Assembly (NCBI GenBank): GCA_964016885.1
Contig: OZ024744.1
Location: forward strand, 82,212,001-82,276,000
Reading direction: 5' to 3'
Source: Eledone cirrhosa
Taxonomy: Eukaryota
DNA length: 64,000 nt
A program made the translations under genes and the position numbers. The notes below the pieces were generated by a model. That model ran no database searches. It worked only from the letters and a program-made list of their open reading frames with translations, and was not told the DNA's origin. Below, piece after piece: positions 55,001 to 64,000 of the stretch (position 1 is its first letter; every line of letters begins with the position of its first letter).

Positions 55001-58000
55001 TGTTGGTGTGGTGTAAGGTGGTATTGGTGTGGTGTATTGTAGTGTTGGTGTGGTGTATGTTAGTGTTGGTGTGATGTATGGTAGTGTTGGTGTGGTGTAT
55101 GGCAGCGTTGGTGTTTGTGTAACCTAGTGTTGGTGTAGTGTATGGTAGTGCTGGTGTTTGTGTAACCTAGTGCTGGTGTAGTGTATGGTAGTGTTGGTGT
55201 GGTGTATGGTAGTGTTGGTGTGGTGTATGTTAGTGTTGGTGTGGTGTACGGTAGTGTTGGTGTGGTGTATGGTAGTGTTGGTGTGGTGTATGGTAGTGTT
55301 GGTGTGGTGTATGTTAGTGTTGGTGTGCTGTACGGTAGTGTTGTTGTGGTGTATTGTAGTGTTGGTGTGGTGTATGGTAGTGTTGGTGTGGTGTATGGTA
55401 GTGTTGGTGTGGTGCAAGGTGGTGTTGGTGTGGTGTGTAAGATAGTGTTGGTGCGGTGTATGGTAGTGTTAGTGTTATGTATGTTAGTGTTGGTGTGGTG
55501 TACGATAGTGTTGTTGTGGTGTATTGTAGTGTTGGTGTGGTGTATGGTAGTGTTGGTGTGGTGTACGGTAGTGTTGGTGTGGTGTATGGTAGTGTTGGTG
55601 TGGTGTATGGTAGTGTTGGGTGGTGTATTGTAGTGTTGGTGTGGTGTATGGTAGTGTTGGTGTGGTATATGGTAGTGTGGGTGTGGTGGATGGTAGTGTT
55701 GGTGTGGTGTATGGTAGTGTTGGTGTGGTGTATGGTTGTGTTGGTGTGGTATATGGTAGTGTTGGTGTGGTGTATGATAGTGTTGGTGTGGTGTATGGTA
55801 GTGTTGGTGTGGTATATGGTAGTGTTGGTGTGGTGTATGGTAGTGTTGGTGTGGTGTACGTTAGTGTTGGTGTGGTGTATGGTAGTGTTGGTGTGGTATA
55901 TGGTAGTGTTGGTGTGGTGTATGGTGGTGTTGGTGTAGTGTATGGTAGTGTTGGTGTGGTATATGGTAGTGTGGGTGTGGTGGATGGTAGTGTTGGTGTG
56001 GTGTATGGTAGTGTTTGTGTGGTGTATGGTTGTGTTGGTGTGGTATATGGTAGTGTTGGTGTGGTGTATGATAGTGTTGGTGTGGTGTATGGTAGTGTTG
56101 GGTGGTGTATTGTAGTGTTGGTGTCGTGTATGGTATTGTTGGTGTGGTATATGGTAGTGTTGGTGTGGTGTATGGTAGTGTTGGTGTTTGTGTAACCTAG
56201 TGTTGGTGTAGTGTATGGTAGTGTTGGTGTGGTGTATGGTAGTGTTGGTGTGGTGTATGGTAGTGTTGGTGTTTGTGTAACCTAGTGTTGGTGTAGTGTA
56301 TGGTATTGTTGGTGTGGTGTATTGTAGTGTTTGTGTGGTGTATGGTAGTGTTGGTGTGGTGTATGGCAGTGATGGTGTGGTGTATGGTAGTGTTGGTGTG
56401 GTGCAAGGTGGTGTTGGTGTGGTGTATTGTAGTGTTGGTGTGGTGTAAGTTAGTGTTGGTGTGGTGTATGGTAGTGTTGGTGTGGTGTATGGCAGCGTTG
56501 GTGTGGTGTATCGTAGTGTTGGTGTGATGTATGGTAGTGTTGGTGTGGTGTATGGTAGTGTTGGTGTGGTGTATGGTAGTGTTGGTGTGGTGTAAGGTGG
56601 TGTTGGTGTGGTTTATTGTAGTGTTGGTGTGGTGTATGTTAGTGTTGGTGTGGTGTATGGCAGCGTTGGTGTGGTGTATGGTAGTGTTGGTGTGGTGTAT
56701 GGTAGTGTTGGTGTGGTGTATGGTAATGTTGGTGTGGTGTATTGTAGTGTTGGTGCGCTGTATGGTAGTGTTAGTGTTATGTATGTTAGTGTTGGTGTGG
56801 TGTACGGTAGTGTTGTTGTGGTGTATTGTAGTGTTGGTGTGGTGTATGGTAGTGTTGGTGTGGTGTGTAGTAGTGTTAGTGTAGTGTATGTTAGTGTTGG
56901 TGTGGTGTATGGTAGTATTGGTGTGGTGTATGGTAGTGTTGGTGTGATGTATGGTAGTGTTGGTGTGGTGTATGGTAGTGTTGGTTTGATGTATGGTAGT
57001 GTTGGTGTGATGTATGGTAGTGTTGGTGTGGAGTATGGTAGTGTTGGTGTGGTGTGTGGTAGTGTTAGTGTGGTGTATGGTAGTGTTGGTGTGGTGTGTG
57101 GTAGTGTTGGTGTGGTGTATGGTAGTGTTGGTGTGGTGTGTATGGTAGTGTTGGTGTGATGTATGGTAGTGTTGGTGTGGTGTATGGTAGTGTTGGTTTG
57201 ATGTATGGTAGTGTTGGTGTGATGTATGGTAGTGTTGGTGTGGAGTATGGTAGTGTTGGTGTGGTGTGTGGTAGTGTTAGTGTTATGTATGTTAGTGTTG
57301 GTGTGGTGTACGGTAGTGTTGTTGTGGTGTATTGTAGTGTTGGTGTGGTGTATGGTAGTGTTGTTGTGGCGGATGGTAGTGTTGGTGTGGTGTATTGTAG
57401 TGTTGGTGTGGTGTATTGTAGGGTTGCTGTGGTGTATGCTAGTGTTGGTGTGGTGTATGGTAGTGTTGGTGTGGTGTATGGTAGTGTTGGTGTGGTGTAT
57501 TGAAGTGTTGGTGTGGTATATGTTAGTGTTGGTGTGGTGTATGGTAGTGTTGGTGTGGTGTACGGTAGTGATGGTGTGGTATATGGTAGTGTTGGTGTGG
57601 TGTAAGGTGGTATTGGTGTGGTGTATTGTAGTGTTGGTGTTGTGTATGTTAGTGTTGGTGTGATGTATGGTAGTGTTGGTGTGGTGTATGGCAGCGTTGG
57701 TGTAGTGTATGGTAGTGTTGGTGTAGTGTATGGTAGTGTTGGTGTGGTGTATGTTAGTGTTGGTGTAGTGTATGTTAGTGTTGGTGTGGTGTACGATAGT
57801 GTTGGTGTGGTGTATGGTAGTGTTGGTGTGGTGTATGGCAGCGTTGGTGTTTGTGTAACCTAGTGTTGGTGTAGTGTATGGTAGTGTTGGTGTGGTGTAT
57901 GGTAGTGTTGGTGTGGTGTATGTTAGTGTTGGTGTGGTGTACGATAGTGTTGGTGTGGTGTATGGTAGTGTTGGTGTGGTGTATGGTAGTGTTGGTGTGG

Positions 58001-59970
58001 TGTATGTTAGTGTTGGTGTGGTGTACGGTAGTGTTGGTGTGGTGTATGGTAGTGTTGGTGTGGTGTATGGTAGTGTTGGTGTGGTGTATTGTAGTGTTGG
58101 TGTGGTGTATGGTAGTGTTGGTGTGGTGTATGGTAGTGTGGTGTGGTGTATTGTAGTGTTGGTGTGGTGTATGGAAGTGTTGGTGTGGTGTATGGTAGTG
58201 TTGGTGTGGTGTATGGTAGTGTTGGTGTGGTGTATGTTAGTGTTGGTGTGATGTATGGTAGTGTTGGTGTGGTGTATGGTAGTGTTGGTTTGATGTATGG
58301 TAGTGTTGGTGTGATGTATGGTAGTGTTGGTGTGGAGTATGGTAGTGTTGGTGTGGTGTGTGGTAGTGTTAGTGTGGTGTATGGTAGTGTTGGTGTGGTG
58401 TGTGGTAGTGTTGGTGTGGTGTATGGTAGTGTTGGTGTGGTGTATGGTAGTGTTGGTGTGGTGTATGGTAGTATTGGTGTGGTGTATGATAGTGTTGGTG
58501 TGGTGAATGGTAGTGATGGTGTGGTGTTTGGTAGTGTTGGTGTGGTGTATGGTAGTATTGGTGTGGTGTATGGTAGTGTTGGTGTGGTGTATGGTAGTGT
58601 TGGTGTGGTGTATGGTAGTGTTGGTGTGGTGTATGGTAGTGTTGGTGTGGTGTATGGTAGTGTTAGCATGGTGTATGGTAGTGTTGGTGTGGTGTACGGT
58701 AGTATTGGTGTGGTGTATGGTAGTGTTGGTGTGGTGTATGGTAGTGTTGGTGTGGTGTATGGTAGTGCTGGTGTGTTGTATGGTAGTGTTGGTGTGGTGT
58801 ATGGTAGTGTTGGTGTGGTGCATGGTGCTGTTGGTGTGGTGTATCGTAGTGTTGGTGTGGTGTACGGTAGTGTTGGTGGGGTGGTGTATGGTAGTGCTGG
58901 TGTGGTGCATGGTAGTGTTAGTGTGGTGTATGTCACTGTTGTTGTGGTGTATGGTAGTATTGGTGTTGTGTATGATAGTGTTGGTGTGGTGTACGGTAGT
59001 ATTGGTGTGGTGTATGGTAGTGTTGGTGTGGTGCATGGTAGTGTTGGTGTGCTGTATGGTAGTGTTGGTGTGGTGTATGGCACTGTTGGTGTGGTGTATG
59101 GCACTGTTGGTGTTGTGTATGGCAGTGTTGGTGTGGTGTCTGGTATTGTTGGTGTGGTGTATGTTAGTGTTAGTGTGGTGTATGGTAGTGCTGGTGTGGT
59201 GTATGGTAGTGTTGGTGTGGTGTATGGTAGTGTTGGTGTGGTGTATGGTAGTGCTGGTGTGGTGTATGGTAGTGTTAGTGTGGTGTATGGTAGTGTTGGT
59301 GTGGTGTATGGTAGTGTTGGTGTGGTGTAGGGTAGTGTTGGTGTGGTGTATGGTAGTGTTGGTGTGATGGTGTGTCGCAGTGTTGGTGTGGTGTATGGTA
59401 GTGTTGGTGTGATGGTGTGTCGTAGAGTTGGTGTGGTGTATGGTCGTGTTGGTGTGGTGTATGGTAGTGTTGGTGTGGTGTATGGTAGTGTTGGTGTGGT
59501 GTATGGTAGTGTTGGTGTGGTGTATGGTAGTGTTGGTGTGATGGTGTGTCGTAGTGTTGGTGTGGTGTAAGTTAGTGTTGGTGTGGTGTATGGTAGTGTT
59601 GGTGTGGTGTATGGTAGTATTCGTATGGTGTGGTGTATGGTGGTGTTGGTGTGGTGTATGGTGGTGTTGGTGTGGTGTATGGTAGTGTTGGTGTGGTGTA
59701 TGGTGGTGTGGGTGTGGTGTATGGTAGTGTTGGTGTGGTGTACGGTAGTGTTGGTGTGGTGGTGTATGGTAGTGCTGGTGTGGTGCATGGTAGTGTTGGT
59801 GTGGTGTATGGTAGTGTTGTTGTGGTGTATGGCAGTGTTGGTGTGGTGTATGGCAGTGTAGGTGTGGTGTATGGCAGTGTTGGTGTGGTGTATGGCAGTG
59901 TTGGTGTGGTGTATGTCAGTGTTGGGTTGGTGTATGGCAGCGTTGATGTGGTGTATGGTAGTGTTGGTGT
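46090..59970 (+). repeat. 21-bp minisatellite array, consensus GGTGTGGTGTATGGTAGTGTT (~660 units)
   Basis: Directly visible; higher-order duplications; degenerate outliers at ~45775, 59970-60230 and 60770-60915. Confidence 0.98.
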
Positions 59971-60254
59971 GTGTTATATGCTAGTGTTGTTGAAGTGTAT
60001 GCTTGCGTTTGTATGATATATGCTAGCGTTAACTCTGTGTTGTATGTCGTGTGTGTGGTGTATGATTGTACTAGTGGGATGCTGTATGTTAATATTAATG
60101 TGTTTTATAATAACGTTTATGCAGTACTTCGTTATTTATGCAGTACATCGTTATTGTTGGTTTGTTGTATGATACTGTTGATGTGATAAACGATAGTTCT
60201 GTTTTATTGAATGGCAGTGTTGGTGCCTTCGCTATTTCTATAGTCAACGATGAA

Positions 60255-60525
60255 TTCTTTGCTTGTGAAAATCTGTGGGAAGTATTGCTGTTCTGTCCTA
60301 TGCGTTGGCGCATCCTGGGCTGGCTGTAGAAGCCAATCCTGGACCTGCAAGCTCTGGTACATTTGAGGCAGTATATACTTGGTCAATTGGTTGTTGGGGG
60401 GCGGATAGCTTTCAGAGAACGAGTGAGAACATGTGACAGAAGACTGAGGGAAATGGAGAGCGACCCTCAAAATGGCTGCAGCCAGCTTTGAGGAGGGTAG
60501 GAAGGCGGCAGCTGAAGACAAACAT
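60255..60525 (+). mobile_element. RTE-BovB-like LINE C-terminal remnant
   Basis: LLFCPMRW...QYILGQL and ED*GKWRATLKMAAASFEEGRKAAAEDK. Confidence 0.6.
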
Positions 60526-60941
60526 TAACCCTTTAGTATTTACATTACTCTATATTTACTATTGTATTTTAGCAGTAAATGCTTTATCTCACATAATTAT
60601 CTCACATAATATCGAATCTATGAGATTTTGATATTATTTATATTGTGACAATACCTTAACAGAAGTATGTGTGGCTGGTTACAGCTGGTTTGAACATAAT
60701 GAGGTGAGAGAATTCTGTCCGGATATGTCCGGTTTAAATGCTAAAGTTTTAAAGAAGAAAGGTGTCCATCTACAGTAGTGCTGTGTGTTTTAATAGTAAT
60801 ATTGATATCCATTTTAAAGTAGCGCGGCTGTGTTGTATTGTCAAGCTGGAGGAGCTATATAGTAGTGTTGCTGTATTTTGTACGGTAGTGTTATTGTGGT
60901 GTATGCTGTTGTTAATGTCCTGTACTGAGGTCGGTTCTTCT

Positions 60942-61052
60942 TCTCACTCACTCATTGACTCACTCACTCACTCACTCACTCACTCATTCACTTACTCACT
61001 CACTCATTCATTCACCCATACACTCACTCACTAATTCAGTCACTCACTCACT
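60942..61052. repeat. (CACT)n tetranucleotide microsatellite
   Basis: Directly visible. Confidence 0.95.
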
Positions 61053-62334
61053 TTATGTTTCACTGTCAATCTTTTTTATTCTCTCTGAAAGAAATTGACT
61101 GTGGTGAAAGCTGGAGGTGGATAAACTCCACCAGATTTACAATGTAACAAACTGGCTATATATCGGAAACAAGTACAACTCCATCAAGACTTCAGAACCT
61201 ATGGGTGGATGAACGGGACAAAACCATTAATGATTTTATAGGTTCTTTTTCTCAATATCAATATAAAATAACGACAACAATCTCTACTGTTCTTTACAAA
61301 ATGATTGTTTTCTTTCGAAATGTACCACCATTGTTTTTTATCTTCTTTATCTCTCAACATTTTCATTTTCATAGACCTTCATGTGATACAGATAGTTCTA
61401 ATTAATTAAACGAGTTTCTTTCTGAACTTTTCCCAAGACTATGCAAGACTGTAAACGTGTAAAATCATCCAATGTAATGTGAGGCGTGACATTTTTAATG
61501 AACTCTGTTTCTTGAGAGAGAGAAACAACATATTGAAGATAGAGTTCATAGTGATCTCCTATTTACTCTTACTCTTAGATATGTAACACATTCTCAATAT
61601 CGATTGTGTAATTCAAATTAAACTATTATTATCTATTGAATTTCATACCAAAACTACATTGAATTAATTCAGGTGAATGGAATGAAGTCACAAGTGAATA
61701 AAGTGTATTCTATACTTGCAGCTGAGATTGACTGTACCTTAGACGCCCACCATAAAAGAAAAACAGAGTCAACAGAACCGAATAATAAAATGATTTCATA
61801 GTTAAATGGAGTAACGCGGCACAGTGACAATTGGTTTCATTGTATTCATATATAAGTTGAATAGTGAAAATTAAAATACATAAAATAAGATATGCCATAA
61901 AGACAAAGATAGTTCATATAACACCAGAGACAGTTTGATTGCGATTTAACTGTGTGTTTCTACCAGCACCTTCCGTTATTGTTGATCCTCTTCCTCCTCG
62001 ATTGTAATATTATAGAGGAACTGGAGTTCTCCTCTTGAGTATCACTTTTGTATCGCTTTTCTTTTCTGCTCTCAACAAAACATTCCAAAATCATTTATGA
62101 TAGTTATGCTATAAAAGTAAAATAAAAGACAGAGAAAAAGAAGTTTAAGAACGGATGGAAGAAGCTGAAGGCTTAGGTGGTAAGAAAGTCTCTCTTCTAT
62201 CTTGACACCCTTTAACCAACAGGAAGTTATGCCCTGAGGATAGACCCAAATTAATTTCCAGTTGTGTAGATCATCGCGTTCGAGCAATTAGATTGTGTGT
62301 CATAGAAAATAATATATGTTCCTTAAGTATTTAA

Positions 62335-63375
62335 GTATTTATTGAATTCATTATGCCCTTCCATTTTTCTCTGTCTCTGGTAAGGGTTGGTGCCTGAAAC
62401 CAGTTTGTGCACAGGCCATCTTTTAGGGTAGATCTCCGGGTATTCTTTGGCCTACCTTTTGGTCTTTTCCACACCAGCTGGCAACCATGATATTGCAGTT
62501 CTTGCTGGTATATTGTTCCCCATTTGTAGGACATGCCCTGCCAACTGCATCTTTTTTACTCTTGATGACAAGACTCAGGTGTGTGGCATTGATTCTTGGA
62601 AGCACATCTTCGTTTGTGATTTTGTCTTGTCATCTAATGCCCAGGATCTTTCGGAGGTATGTTTGTTGGAAAGTATCAAGCTGTTTTTCAGTTCTAGTGG
62701 TATTCGTTCATGTTTCCGCGGCATAGGTTGTTGAGATAAACCCAATTGCCCAGAATAAACCCAATTTCGTTTGTAATGTGAGCTTCTTTGATTGCTGTAT
62801 TAATTGGAATACTCCGGTACTTCTAGTTATCCTTTGTTCTATGTTAGCTTCAGTATTGCCACCTGCTGTCTGAACACTACCAAGATATGTGAAGTGTTGA
62901 ACTTCTTATATCTTTTTCCCATTGACTAAAACATCATATGCTTCACTGCAGGCAACTTCTGTATTTTTGTTTTTGATACATCTTTTTCTGAAGCCAACCT
63001 TTGCAGCTGTTTCAACCAGGGCATTTGTCATTATCTGAATCTCTGTACAATTGATGGTGAGAAAGGCTACGTTACGTTATCATCAGCAAAGTCTAAATCT
63101 ATCAGTTTTACTCCTTCTCATTTTAAGGCACGTCCGCGGGTATCCAAGGACTTTCTCAGAATGTAATTCAAGATTATCAAGAAAAAGAATGGGGATAGGA
63201 TGCAACCCTCTTGCACTCCCGATACGATTGAAATGAATTCAGTAAAACCTGATTCTGGTTTTACATAGCAACTTGAGTTTCCATAAATTTTGATACAGCT
63301 ATCAGGGACACCATAGATCTGGAGGATGTTTCAGAGTGATGGCAGTGTACACTATTAAAAGCGCTTTTGAAACAG
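62335..63375 (-). mobile_element. RTE-clade LINE reverse transcriptase remnant
   Basis: Minus strand: IYGVP, GVQEGCILSP, DLDFADD, HFTYLGS, LAGHVLQM, KRPKGRPKNT; frameshifted. Confidence 0.88.
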
Positions 63376-64000
63376 TGCAAGCTTAGTATTTTGTGAAGTG
63401 TACATCAAGAAATCTATTCCGATGCAGAGAGCCAATGAACATAGGCACAGCTATGGTTAGAACTATGAAAATATGAAATTAATTAAATGATATGTGGCAA
63501 ATTAGAAAAGTACTGAGAAAGCGTAGCGAAAACGTTTGAGTTCTTGTGAATATAGTAAAGTGTTTGTTATCTTTTGCGTTTGAACAAGTAGAAACATTCC
63601 CAGATTACGATCCCGGATTTTGTGATCTTTGATTTCCTTAGTTAGCATGTATTAAGTTGTCCCTAGAGGCCACTAGCAACAGTAGTATATATTTCTGATG
63701 CTAATGGCCTGTAAAATGTGTAGTTGTTTAATGATGGGGTCAATAATCATCTTTGAACGGATAAATAAACCTTATTACATGTATTGAGTAATTTTTAACT
63801 GTGGCACTTAACACATAATAAACATACATAGCCTCCCTGTGAGAATAGAGGCGCATATGGAACTATGTAGAAGCCATCATCAAGCAGATATTATTTGTAA
63901 AAAAAACTATTAGCGTCGCTGATGAAATATTTGTTGCTATCACACAGTTACTAGGTTAGCTGTGATATGATTACGGCTAAAATAGTTACAGTGAGACTAC

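Noticed and set aside
46090-59970. CRISPR array or telomere
   Set aside because: There are no unique spacers or cas genes and the context is eukaryotic. The unit is not TTAGGG and the array is internal, with ordinary flanks.
61960-62140. Minus-strand exon after a strong polypyrimidine acceptor at ~62109
   Set aside because: All three frames hit stops within 40 nt and there is no recognisable protein; it cannot be supported without RNA data.

Overview
This is AT-rich eukaryotic (animal) intronic or intergenic DNA with no confidently recognisable host gene. The repeat content resembles octopod cephalopod genomes (inference): very long (TA)n/(CA)n/(GA)n tracts, an abundant tRNA-derived SINE, Penelope-like elements and RTE LINEs. 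The first ~45 kb is a mosaic of decayed mobile elements, many sitting in (TA)n tracts. It holds five Penelope-like (GIY-YIG) fragments, three with inverted pseudo-LTRs, plus RTE and L1/Tx1 LINE remnants, a DD37D (maT-type) Tc1/mariner, a non-autonomous Helitron, TGT..ACA MITEs and ~19 SINEs. About 46.1-60.0 kb is a 21-bp G/T-rich minisatellite of roughly 660 units. The most interesting signal is non-coding: many minimal type-I hammerhead ribozyme (HHR) motifs. One short non-autonomous family has 5 copies at 3 loci, an intact catalytic core, a covarying stem II with an invariant C·C mismatch, and an inverted or palindromic arrangement at every locus. Several ~560-670 bp and 2.1 kb units with short terminal direct repeats suggest retrozyme-like or Penelope-mobilised elements. 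All structures were read by eye, boundaries are approximate, and no database search or folding program was run.
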